A DNA stretch of 64,000 bases from Euglena gracilis. Taxonomy: Eukaryota. Location of the stretch: contig CP154954.1 of the NCBI GenBank assembly GCA_039621445.1, forward strand, positions 33,209,455 to 33,273,454, in the 5' to 3' direction. The translations under genes and the position numbers were made by a program. Below are positions 11,801-23,894 of the stretch, one piece after another (position 1 is the stretch's first letter; every line of letters begins with the position of its first letter). Below the pieces are notes generated by a model. That model was not told where the DNA came from and made no database searches. It saw only the letters and a list, made by a program, of their open reading frames with translations.

Positions 11801-12903
11801 ACTAGGCCCCAAAAGGCAAGACTCCTACAGGTTCTAGCAACGAGCCCAACAATAAAACCCAATTTTTGGAGAACCCATTTAGATCGACCCCGACTCCCCC
11901 TCATTAATGCCGACCACAGAAAAATCAGAAGAAATCCATCTACACCGACCCCCTCTTTTGCACCGGTGCACAGCAAGGCAAGGTGAGGCAAGCACAAGAA
12001 AAACACAGGGATAAACACAAAAAAGCACTCAGGCTCACCCCAATGTCTACTTTGGCAAAACGCAAACCGATGGACTTTTGTTTATTGGGGACAGGGGACA
12101 GGATGAATGCACGCTGCCTCGTCCCTTCCCCCCCCTCCAGTCGAGTACCTTGACCAATTTTTCCTGACCCCCCCTCCCCAGGATTTCAAGAAAGAAAGGT
12201 GACATACCGACCCGTCAGTGCAAACGATGGGGGTTTATTAGCAACGCTTACGTTTGGCATTAGTACAGTTCAGTTGGTGAACGGACCTGGAATGCCATTT
12301 GAAACACACTGCGAGGCCGCCCTGACATTGGCCGTCCTCTCCCCTGAGGCTCGAGAGCGGCTCGGCCGCATTTCCACCGTGAAGCCTGACAAGGCCCGGC
12401 AAGTCGAGAACCTCCTCCTCCAGGCCGTCTCCCGCGGTCAGCTCCGCCCAGCCCTGGCTTTGTTTTGGGTGGCGGTATGGCGGCGACCATGTTTGCGGTG
12501 CATCGATGGATGGAGCTCGCCGCCACCCCAAGTGACATCGGCATCCCAAGTTTGACCCGGGCAGGATGCCAACGTGGCCAGGCCAATGAGCCGGAGGGGG
12601 TGGTGTGTGTGCTATTTTATATTGTATATCACATATGTTTTTTTATTCTTACTATTTGTTTACTATTTTATATGTAATAATATTTGGGGTTGGGGTTGTA
12701 TGGTGCGTTTGGGTCTGTGCGTGTGAACCGGAGGGCGATGCATCCGTGCCCTGGCGGCAGCGGGGAGTGGGGGCTGTCAGGGCCCCCCGGTGGAGGAGGA
12801 CCAGCTCATCACCCTCCTGGAGCAGATCGGCGGCGGCGGCGGGGGCTCCACCGGCCCCAGCATCGTCGTCAAGCGGAAGGTGGCGGAGGACGACGACTGG
12901 TGA
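6976..12903 (+). CDS. PDCD5: Programmed cell death protein 5 / dsDNA-binding domain protein, 4 exons: 6976-7016, 11226-11306, 12330-12445, 12782-12903
   Basis: Joined exons read MKMNMPVDADTHAAFQQQVEQQQLQQEQQQEQEEKRKSMLLAVLSPEARERLGRISTVKPDKARQVENLLLQAVSRGQLRPPVEEDQLITLLEQIGGGGGGSTGPSIVVKRKVAEDDDW*. LSPEARERL, VKPDKARQVE and EEDQLITLL match the family pattern. Exon 1 is inferred from intron-end pairing and frame. Confidence 0.9.
7481..7546 (-). pseudogene. tRNA-Ala(TGC)-like relic or tRNA-derived SINE head
   Basis: The minus strand has an anticodon-like hairpin CCTGC-TTTGCAC-GCGGG and a B-box GGTTCGATCCC, but no convincing acceptor stem. Confidence 0.35.
7806..9059. mobile_element. Foldback-like element with TTGCAAAAACTGGCTCCTACACTAGACA TIRs and C-rich tracts, nested in another MITE
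   Basis: Inverted termini flanked by TA. Fragments recur at ~16416-17050, 19470-20090, 21640-22005, 24380-25760 and 39616. Confidence 0.7.
10454..10774. mobile_element. hAT-type MITE, family A (321 bp)
   Basis: Perfect 17-bp TIR CAGGGCGGTCCTTAAGG and perfect 8-bp TSD ATTCCAGA. Confidence 0.92.
11307..12329 (+). other. Non-conventional intron 2 of PDCD5
   Basis: CAGGGC..GCCTC.GC pairs with GCGAGGCCGCCCTG. The register is exactly +4/-8 and gives the in-frame join SMLLAVLS. Confidence 0.88.
12446..12781 (+). other. Non-conventional intron 3 of PDCD5
   Basis: CAGCCC pairs with GGGCTG. The exact +4/-8 register gives QLRPPVEE in frame, whereas a GC..AG reading (12446-12780) is out of frame. Confidence 0.8.
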
Positions 12904-12935
12904 GGTCAGCAGTGCGGCGCAGCATCTCCCAATGA

Positions 12936-15900
12936 CGTTTCCCGACTCTGGCCTCACACGGCTCGCGTCTGCCTGGCGGGGCCAAGATTCGCATTCTTGT
13001 GCCAGTTGAGGCGGCCGCCTTCTATGACCTGGTCTCCGATCCACTGCACCGCAGCTCTGTAACCATTGATGACCCGGTGCGATTTTCAGGTCCTGGTTCG
13101 CAGTGTTTTTTGGCACTCACTCACCACCAACCTGTATTGGTGTACTCTATCCGGTTCCCTGATGCTGGGGCCAGCATTGTCCACACCAGTTCTCGTTTGC
13201 TTGTTTGGTCGACTGACCCCCCGGGGGGTGTGCCATCTGTGGCAGGCGCCCCCCAGCACAGGGCACCTCCCCGGGTTGGTAAAGAAGCCTAAACCCAACT
13301 GTTTCGGCTGAAATGCCAACCGCTGTTCTTCAAGGCCCTCCCGAGCTATTGTGTTTCGAACCATCACTGGTCCGTGGTCTGCAGCTATTCGTTTTTTCTC
13401 CGGAATTCGTTTGTTTTTGCCGAGATTATGCGACTTCATTTTTGCTTGGATTTCGGAAATTTTGCCAGGAGTGTTTTTTCCAGGCTTTTAAGGGTTTTTT
13501 ACCTTTTTAAGGCATCTTGGCCAAAAACCTCAAGGTCTTTTTTAAGGTTTTTCAGGGGTTTTAAGGCGCCCCTGAGTCCAGCCCGCCGGAAGGGTGGCCA
13601 TACGACAACTGATTTTTCGTTTTCAGGTCTGCAAAAAAATGGGCCAAGAATGGGCAAAATGGGTCAGATTTAGGCTGGCCTGGGCAAATTTGGGGCCAAA
13701 AACAATATTATGTCCCCGGTTCGACCCCTTTCCCCCATTTCTCACCCCCCCCCCGCCTACCCCTACACAACGACCACCCCCCCCCGGTCGGGGGTTGCAG
13801 GTAAGGGGTGTGTATGACCACCCCCGATTGCAAGCCCCCCCAAATGCCATGGCGGGGTGCCAGGTTATTGGAACCAACTTTTGGCCCTGCCCCCCCCCCG
13901 CCAGGTTGTTTGGGCCCTTTTTGCAGCACCGTAAAGGAATTTCGCCTAAAAGGGGGGTGCCAGGTTGCTGGAACCATCTTTCTTGCCCCTCCCCCCGCCA
14001 GGTTAATCGGCCCCCGCCAGGAGAAAGGGCCCCGCCAGGTTATTTGGGGGGGGGGTTACAGCTGGACAACATCCCTTGCATTTTCTCCAGATGTGCCTTC
14101 ATGGCAGACTAGGGCGATGAACGTCCCTGGGTCGGACTTCGTCGGGCAAGAGGTCTTCCGGTACCTTCGCCACCATCCCCTTCCCAGTCGCATCGCAATC
14201 CAGCCTGGATTCTTGTCTGGTGGGGCTGGGAGTGGTGCACTGTGGGCACGTTGGTGATCCAGGAATTTCTAAGCCGGAGGGCGCCCCCCCCCCCGGGGTT
14301 CAACACCCATTTTCCCACCAGCACCTCCCTGCCAGGCATCATTTTAAGGCGAAGATTTTCAAATTTTGAACAGTTTTTTTTTTCAAGGCATTTTGAATTT
14401 TTCAGGATTTTTAAGTGGTTTCGTTTCAAGGGTGATCGAAGAGCCATCTGGGCATCAAACCAACGTCGGTCCCAGGTTGAAAATCAAACAGTTCAAGAAC
14501 ACCTTCTTTTTGAGTGTTGGTTTCAGCGATGCCAGAAAGCATTTTATACTGGAGTGGGAGTGGGCTGTTTTTGCCGAGATTTTGCAACTTCTTTTTTGCT
14601 CGAAATTCGAAACAATTTTGCAGGACGAAAATTTTAAGGCGTTTTAAGGGTTTTTTTTAGGCCAAAGTTGATTCGGTTCCTTAAGGTTTTTGACCCCAAA
14701 TAACCCCCCCCCCTCGGGGTCCGACTTTGGCGACCGGGTTAATACCCCCCCCCCCGATTTCGGGCCGAAGGCCCGGATTTTGACCTGAAAATGTAGGTAA
14801 AAATCACTATCTCTGACAACAAATTGCAAAAAAAAATCGATTTTTCTGGATCATCTGACCTCAAAAATTGGCCCCAAAGGGGGTCAAAAGTCGCTATTTT
14901 TGCTCCTGCGGGACTTCGAAAAATTTCGAAAATTTTGGAGTGCTATTACCCCTCCCAAATAATACCTCCCCCCCTCGGGCTGGGACTTCGGGCGGAAAAT
15001 AATACCCCGGGGGGTATTATTTGGGGGGGTTTACAATAATATCATAATGTTGTAAATTGTAATTATAAAAATGAACGTTGATAATGCCTTTTTTCGTCCG
15101 CAGCAGGTGGCAGAGGGTTTTAGGGCTCTAGTGATTTTTTTTATTCCCACCATATTCGAAATATTTTTGAACAATCACAACTGTAAAAAACCAAAAGGAA
15201 ATGTCCGGCTATCTCAAATGAAGCCCTTGGAAGTTCCCATCAAACCATGATTTAGTTTTCCGCTGACCCATTCTCCGCAGATTTTGGCCCAGTTTTGGCT
15301 CGTTTTGTGGAAATTTTTCAGCGATAAAACGAATCGATATTCTGGCAGAAAAAAGTCCCAAAATGTCCGCTACACGAGCCACAACATAGAGTCGCCCCCC
15401 CCCCCCGGTTGTCTGGAAATGCCCTCTCCCAGAGGGCCCCAGAGGGCCGCATGGTGATAATCCACAGTTCTCATGAGGCGGGTCCCCCCTCATGAGAACG
15501 CGGGGGGGGGGGGCGAGGGGGGCCTGCCAAAAGAGGTGCTGGCTGAACCCTCCCTGGGGGGGGGTTGTTGGGGGGGGGACTTGTTGTGGGAAAAAATCTG
15601 CACAAAATTTTGTCCACAATTTTTCCCGGCGCTTTGAGAAAGTCCAATTTTCTCCAGTTCCTTTGCACCGATTTTGGAATAGGCGCATCTTGCAAAAATT
15701 GGCGCCCCCATTGGCCTCAGTGGGGGGTGAACCCAAAAATTTCTTCCTGTTCCTGAGATCCCGGCTTTCCGAATCCCCTCCGTTTGGGGACCGCCAGGCC
15801 AGCGCTATTCACCCGACAAAGGGGAGCAAAGTGAAAGAAAAAAAAGTGCAAAGTGGATGAACAAAACAGTTCTGTGTTTGCACTGCAAACTCAGGATTGG

Positions 15901-17640
15901 CCAACCCCACCTCCTGCGTTCTTTGACTCTGTTTCTCACCAAGGAACATCTCGAAAAGCATACATCGTTTTGGAAAGTGACAGCCAAACCAGTCCCGGCC
16001 CAGGGGGTGGTGCAGGGGACCAGCTTGCAGCCAGCAGCCCAGAGGAGTACCGTGCGTTTGTGAAGGGCTCGCTGGAGGTATGCTTTCGATCACCGTGTCT
16101 CGTTCGCTGCTTCGTCAGTTCGCAGGACGGCGTTTGCCTGGAATGACTGCGTCGTTAAAACCGGCCCAAACTGGTGCATTTGGGGCTGTGCTAACAGAAA
16201 ATGTCCATAACTCAGACCAGGGATGTATGGGAAAATCAAAACGATGGTTTCAGAATACCTTGGAAATGAGGCAAAAATCAAAGCAACTTTCCGACGGCCA
16301 AAACAGGAATCCCCTTGCACAGCCTTTTAACACCCCCAAAATGGTCTGCCCATCCACGTCGAATTACAGCAGCAAGTCAATCAGGGTTCGGTTCATGTGT
16401 TCATCTGGAGAGGCATTGCAAAAAACTGGAGCCCACACTAGATATTTACCTGCACACCCCCCCACACCCCCCACCACACCCCCCCACACCCCCCACACAG
16501 GGCCCCACACACCCCCAGGGCAGAACGGGAATCGGCCAAACAGCCAGGGTGGTCGGTGGGGGCCACCCCGTGCATGATGGGTGGGGCCCTCCACCACCCC
16601 TTCCCATTGTTCGTTTTTGGACCCCCAAAAATTTTCCCGGCGCCAAAGGCGCCGGGTGTATTTTGGACCCATTTTGGGACCATGTACGAGGTCCCCCCAA
16701 AACCCCCCCAACCCCGCATTTTTTCACACCGTTTTGGTTTTGAAAGGTTTTTGAAGCAAAAAAAAATGCTTTTGAAAATCCAAAAAAATTTCCAAGTGAA
16801 AAAATGTCATTAAAATTTGACTGTGCCAGAATTTGGTCCAATTTTTTGACTTTGCTTTTTTTCACCCCCTCCCCCTAAAAACCACTAACACAAAAACCTG
16901 AGATTTTTGATATTTTTTTGTGAAAAACTGGAGCCCAGACAGACATTATCAAGGCCTATGGCACCGATGGGGCCTTGGTGGCGTAGGGCCACCCGGGGGG
17001 GGGGGGGCTGCGCCTCCCCCCCCCCCCCGCACCCCCCATCATCACTGCCCATTGCTCACTGCAGGGTGGCAGAGACTTTCTCAAGAATTCGTCGCAGAAC
17101 TCCCCGCCAGCGGACAACGCTGATATCACCCCTGACCGGGCTGCTTCGTTGTCTGGACGTTCACAGACAGCCGCAAAGTTTTGTTCGCGTTCCTCGGCTC
17201 TGGAATCGTTGCTATCACATGTGTTTCGGCAAATTTTGCACAAGACTTGGTCCGTGGCCAGATGGGGCCTTCGCTGCCCGTTGTCCACCAACAAGGAGGA
17301 GTCGATCCTCATCAACGTCTGTGGATCCCAAAAGATGGCAAAGTTCAAACCCGGTGTGTGGGATGCAGGGGCTCGTCCTGGACTGGCTACGGCAGGGTGC
17401 CAACGAAGGTCCTTTCGGCCAATGCTTGTGGGAAACCCCCCCGAAAAGCCTAAAAATACCTTTTCCGGCCCTGTCTTGTTTTCGCAAATAAGTTTGGCCC
17501 CCCTGTTCAAACTGCAACCTTTGTGACCTGAGTGCTAGGTGGACACGGGAGGGGGTGCATTGTGGTGGCATACGAGCCCGGCACACATGGATCGACAATT
17601 ATTCATTATGGGCATTTCCTTCTTCTTCCACAGGGGAGGG
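12936..17640 (+). CDS. Putative multi-exon gene of unknown function (exons ~12936/13006-13278, 14091-14245, 15895-16077, 17065-17353, 17539-~17640)
   Basis: Five unique, stop-free segments among repeats join in frame through GT-AG sites (one GC-AG). No recognisable domain, and the start and end were not found. Confidence 0.45.
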
Positions 17641-18909
17641 GGAGGTCCCACTCTTCATGTCCCCAATTGTGTCTGGCCAAGTGGACGTCGTGGTCCACGA
17701 CCATACCATTGCTTAACACCTGTCCTACCCCACCCCCGGGGGGGTGACTGACTGGTTTTTTCGGAGTGGAAAGCGACCCCCCCCCCCCGGGGTCGCTAAG
17801 CAATGGTATGTCCACGACGATGCGCTGCGACAGGCAGACCGTGAGCCATGGTGTGGTTTCTCCTGTGAAAAATGGTCCCAACGTGTGAAATTTTCGGCCA
17901 TGCCTTCCTCCCCACCCCCCCCAAAATTTCAGTCAAAATGCCACTTCTGTGATTTTTTTTTGCAGAAAGAAAGCTTTTACTTTTTTTTTGCCCCCAAAAG
18001 CGACCCCAATGTAGAAAACACATTTGGCAGCGATTCCGAAAACAAACAGGAACAGGAAATTACTTTCAGTTTCACCCCCACACCCCTCACCAAACATATG
18101 ATCCAAAACATCAAAAGTGGGGTTTTCAACTTTAATTTTTGACTCCGTTCAATGCCCAGGCCTGCTTTTGGCCAGCAGTTAGCCTAGAGGAGGTCTTTGG
18201 AGGGTCGAAGAATGCGGGGGGAGCTCCCAAATGCACCTGCACGCACGTCGGTGGGGGGCTGGTGTTTTTTTAAAGGCAAAACTTTTCAGATTTTTTTCTT
18301 TCAAAGACTTTTTCAAAGTTTTTTTTCAAAGGCTTTTTTTCAAGCACATCGAGAAACTCAATATCAGCAAAAACAAGCCAACGCCACTGGAAAATGCCTG
18401 GCATCCATATATTGCAAAAACTGGCTCCTGCACTGGTCAAGGGGGGTGTGGGGGGGTGTGGGGGGGTGGGATCAGGATTAGGATTAGAAGTGCCCCACAT
18501 CACTGCAATGCCCAAGGTCGGCAGGGCCGCTATGGCCCTGCCTTCAAGGGGCCTACGCCGCTCCGTGATGAGCGTGGTACAGGGGTGGGGTGGTGGGAGT
18601 GAGTGGGGTGAGCCACTTCCGACACCGGCTGCCCGGCAGCGGGCATGGGCAACGGCACGGGTTGGTCCCGGGTCCCAGCAGGCCGAGTGCGTTCTCGGAG
18701 GCGGTGTAGAGGGGGCAGAGGGGGTGAGGGACAGGGTGGCCCCCTGGGGCTGGGCGTGGTGGGGCTGGGCTGCAGGGTCGGCCTGCTGCCGGGGGGATGG
18801 GACGTTGGAGCCCTGGGAGGACGGGCCGCTGGCCCGCCCTTTAAGAGGGGGCGAGTAGCTGCAGCTGGGGATCGTGCAGCCGGCAGGCGGGCTGGGGTTG
18901 GCGTTGCAG

Positions 18910-19363
18910 GACCCGGGGGGAATTGATACCCACAATTTTTCCGCAATTTCCGCAATTTTCCGCAATTTTTTACTATTTTTTTCGCAGAATTTTTTCCCCA
19001 CCACTGAAGATGGAAGATGCAATGAGTTCAAGCCATTCTTCAAATGGAGCAACAGGTGTGCAATTGTGTTCTATTGTTTTTCCCCCCCTGGTGCATTTTC
19101 TCACAGGTGCATCTGCCAACAAAAGAAAGAGAGGGAAAGGGCGTGGGGGTGAAGCAGCAAAGTGTTGTTCAATGCCAGCGTCAAGACGCATGTTGCAATT
19201 CAAAGGTTTCTCCAAACCTCACAATTGAAAATTTTCAAAGCCCCCTCAAGAAGAAATGTGTATATTCCTGATATCAGTTTTTCTGCAATTTTTCCGCAAT
19301 TTCCGCAATTTTTCCGCAATTTTTCCGAAGGCCTCCGATATCAATTCCCCCCCCCCCCGGGTC
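18910..19363. mobile_element. TIR element inserted into a dispersed GC-rich repeat
   Basis: GACCCGGGGGGAATTGATA / TATCAATTC(n)CCGGGTC inverted ends. The uninterrupted host sequence is present at ~26800-26830. Confidence 0.75.
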
Positions 19364-22300
19364 GGGGGCGGGGTGTGGAGTGGGCGGATGAGGAGGTTGC
19401 AGAAGGTGGCCTCCTCATCGGGGCACTGGGGGGGGGGGATGGTGTCGTGGGGGGTGGGGGGGGGTGTAGGTAAATTTCTAGTCTGGGCTTCTGTTTTTTT
19501 TTACAACAATGGGTAGTGATAATGGGGGGGGGCAGGGGGAGGGGGGCGCAGGACCCCTCCCCCCCCTCCGCGGTGGCCATAGGCCACCGGACCCCCCATC
19601 GGTGGCCATGGGCTTTGATAATGCCTCTCTCTGGGCTCCAATTTTTCACGAAAAAAAACAACAATATTTTCACAATAGAAATATCAAAATTTTCCGGTTT
19701 AAGTGTTAGTATTTTTTAGGAGTGGTGGAAAAAAGTGCAAAGTCAAAAAAATTGCACCAAATTTTGGCGCACTCAAATTTTATAGAATTTTTTTGTTTTG
19801 GAAAATTTTTGGATTTTCGATGGCATTTTTTGCTTCAAAAATATTCAGAATTTTGAGAAAATTGTGAACAAATGGAAGGTGTGAAAAAAATGCGGTTTCG
19901 GGGGTTTTGGGGGGACCTCCTTTATGCCCATATGGGTCCCAAAGCAGGTCCAAAATACACCCGGCGCCGAGCCCAACACTGGTCAAGTGTGGGGGGGGAT
20001 GGGGAGTGGGGAGGGTGGTATGGGGGGGGAGTGTGGTGGGGGGTATGGGGGGGGGGTGTGGGGCGGTATGGGGGGGTGTGGGGGTGGGGGTAAACGTCAG
20101 TTTTATACCTCGTTTAAAATGTGTTTGAGTGCTTTTAGGCATTCTGGCATTCTTTGAGGTCTTTAATGGCTTTTTGAGGGACCTGCCGCGCACCTGGTTT
20201 GCCATGGCCATTTTTTTGACCATTTTCGTCGTGGGTTGCTTATCGAGTGCTGCAAAAGAGATTTTTTTTTCCTTGCTCAAAGATCGCCCTGGTGCATGGT
20301 TGTGATGTCGCCTCGGCCTGTCTGCCGGTGATCTCAGCCAACACAACTGCTCATTAAACACCACCAAACCAAAGCAGGATTGTCACAAAAGGAGCATGTG
20401 GTGCAAGGTATCGCAAAAAAATTGCACTAGCAAATCCCCTCACCCCCCACCCGCCACTGAGGCCAGTGGAGGCGCCAATCTCTGCCCACTGGGCAAAATG
20501 CCCTCCATCAGGTTCAAGCAAGAGTTGATTGAATTGTTCACCTCGACACTCACGGAGCAGCATGCCGTTTCGGTCATCGCGAAGGCTTGCCGCCTTGCTC
20601 CAGCCCGCAGCCCAGGCTTGGGGAAGTCCCCCCAGCAGGTATCCAACATGGTCGTTTTGCACTTTTTGTGGTGCCTCAGCACACTGAGGTCCTGGATCTG
20701 TGGCTCACAACAGAGAGACCCAAACAAAGTCTGTGAATGCAAAGTCCACAAAGTGCAAACTTTGGCACACCTTGCCTGAGCTGGGAACCCGAAAAATATT
20801 CCTTTTTTTGTGTGTTTTTCACTGTTCAGAATCGCTCCAAAATTTTTTTCTCAATTGGGTCATTTCTTGGTTCAGGGAGGGGAAGAATATTTGCCCCTGA
20901 AAGTCCAACAGTAGAGATTTGATTGTCACGAGGGGGTGCCATAGGTTGCAAAACTGGCACTTTCACCAGCCTTGGTTTGGTGGGGGGGGCGGGGGGGTGT
21001 GCATTTTTGGAATCGCTGTGAAATGGGCTTTTCTATGGTTGAATCGTGGGGTGAAAAAAAGGTGAATAATTCTTTGCACAGAAAACGACAGCAAAATAAA
21101 ATTTTTTGGGGCGTCTGTTTCTAAAGTGGTATTTTGCACCTCTCGGGCAGCAACTGCTGCGTTTTACGCACGCCTGCCACGCCAAAATTGTGCCTTTCCG
21201 CCTGCCGCCCTTCGCAGCACTCAGATAAAGGATAAAGGATCGCCGATATCAAGCGTTATTTTTTTGGAGCGCCGACGCGGCCGATTGCTCCAGAAAATGA
21301 CAAAAAAAGACGTTTTTTTCAAAATGTTCGAAAGTTGCGTTTTGACTGTTGTTTGCGGGGTGGGGGCAGGGGGGGGGAAATGCAACTTGCATAATTTGCA
21401 TTTTTTTGCATAATCGGCTTTTCCTGAAAATTGCATTTTTTGCATTTTTTTGCATTTTTTTGCATTTTTTTGCATTTTTTTGCATTTTTTTGACTTGCAT
21501 AATTTGAAGGGCCCAGTTGCATTTTTTCCCCCCCTGGTGGGGGTGCCCCCCCCCCCTACGCACAGCCAACAATTCGCCCACTTTCGCCATCTCTTTTGGA
21601 GGTGGGGGTGGGTGGGGAGGTGCCAATTTTTTGAGGTTTTGCAAAAACTGGCTACACCAGACATTTACCCCCACACCCCCCCACAACCCCCCACACACCC
21701 CCACACCTCCCCCACATGTGACCAGTGTGGGCTCCAGTTTTTGCAACACATGGGGGTTTTTAAACGTCAATTGGTCGTAATCCGCCAAACCTCCCCAATT
21801 GGCCATTTGGCAAAATTTTTCAAAAGCTCTTTCGATCATGGTCGGTCACAAATTGCCAACGATCGGTTTTTGCACTTTTTTCCATCATCATTGCTCATTA
21901 TTGCAAAAAAAACTGTAGCCCAGACTTGAGATTATTATAGCCTACACCCCCCACCCCCCACCCCCCCCCCGACATTTGACCAGTGTGGGCTCCAGTTTTT
22001 GCAATATATGTCTTGGGGGGTCCTTCCTGGGGGGGTTCTGGGAGGTCTTGGGGAGTCGTCAGGGGACGACGTGCTCAATACACAAGGGCTCAAAAAAGTG
22101 AAAACACCCACATTTTATGATGTTGGCACCACAACATTCACACCCCCACCACACCCCCCAGGCATTTCTTGGAAGCGCCTGAAAAAAGCTCAAAGAACCT
22201 TGAAAAATGGAAAAAGTTCCCTTGCAGTTAAATTGCAATGCAATTAAATTCAAATTCAAGTTCAAGTTGAATTTAAAAAGTTTTATGTTTGAAAACCTTA

Positions 22301-23823
22301 AAAAAACTTAAAAAATAATTTGTGGGAAACTTGCCATGGCTCGCATTTTTTTAAAGGTTCCTTAAGGTTTTTAAGATTTCAAGGCATTATTCTCCAACCC
22401 GGCATCGAACGGGGTCCAAAATCAAAAAGTCGAATTGCTCAGCTTTTCGCCAGAAATGGTTTTTTTCCTTTCGAGTTAGCTCCTTTTTGATTTTGCGGTT
22501 TCATTTTTGCTCAAATTTCGAACCCCGCCAGGGCCCAGGACCCATTCGCCGGGAGTTCCGAGCAACTTCGGCACCCAAAACCCCTGTGGCAAAAATCAGG
22601 CTTTTATTTTACAATCCCGCGGGGTTTTGCCTTTGTGCCATGGAGCCGCACGACATCAACTGGGGAAAGGTTTCAGCAACATTTGACCCGAAGCACATGA
22701 TGGGTTTGCCAAGAGGCAAGGATAAAACACACCGCCCACCCCGGGTTTTATTCCTTTCAAGGCAGGGGGGTCCGGGGGGGATGGTCCCCCCCCCCAGTGT
22801 TGTTAATTTGCTCTCCGTCTGCCCTGTACCAGAGCCAGTCGGTGCTGGGGAGTCTGACCAACATAGCCACCCAGACTCCGTCCCATCCACAGCCTGAGCA
22901 ACAAACCTGGATTGTGGGTGTGTCCATCAGAATGGTGAAAACACAAGCAATGAGAGCGAAAAGACTACAGCAAACTGAAAAACCTGTGTTTGATTAAAAT
23001 TGTTGCAGATATGTGACGTAGATCATTTCGCAGGTGACGGAAAAATTGGAAACCTGTCCAATGTCTGTTGAAGAAGCCCTAGACCCCCCGAACCCCCCCG
23101 TGGGAATTTTTACTTTTTTGAGACTCCTTTGCTGTTTGGATTGAGGACTGTCCTCCAACACCACCCCCAAGGCCCCCCGGAATCATCACCCTTAAAAAAA
23201 AAGACCCATTTGGCAAGGAAGGCACCTGAAGTGTCAATGACGAGTTTTTAAGGGGTTTCAGAACACAATCCAAGTCCGACCTCTGTGGGGAATTGCTGTG
23301 GAATTGTGGAAATTGCTTTCTCCACTGAGCACTTGCTTTTGGCATTGGGGTCAAAGAAAGGAAAAATCAGCACCTTCACTGTTTGGGCCCTCTAAAAAAA
23401 CAGTGCATCAGGGGTCGGGGGGGATTTGAAGGAAATTCTCTGTTCTTTTTTTGCATTTTCAGAAAGGTCTCTGGGTCCAAAAAAAAAAACCGAGGGCAGG
23501 GTGGATTGGCCAGAAATGGCAAGGCTGCACCAGTCCTAAACCTAAATGCTTGTCAGATCGGGGTTCAAAAGTGAGACATTCATGGTGAAAAAAATTCCAA
23601 AAAATTGTCTTCTGTCTCTTTTTGGTCACCACAGTTTTTCTAAACAACGGATTCAACTGCCAACATAAACATAAATCGTTCATGCAGATGCGAAGCAGCC
23701 AACCACGTCAACATTGATGAAAGAAGTTTCATCAAAACCACTGATCAAGGAGGTTTGCGGGTTTGCTTGTGTGCATCATGTTGTCGTTGTCCGCTTCGGT
23801 GATGTTTCTGAAACTTCACAACG

Positions 23824-23894
23824 GCGCCGGTGGTGTAGAGGTATCATGCATCCCTGCCACGGATGCGACCCGGGTTCGATTCCCGGCCGGCGCA
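23824..23894 (+). tRNA. tRNA-Gly (GCC)
   Basis: Acceptor stem GCGCCGG/CCGGCGC, anticodon arm CATCC-CTGCCAC-GGATG, T arm CCGGG-TTCGATT-CCCGG, followed by a TTTTT Pol III terminator. Confidence 0.96.
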
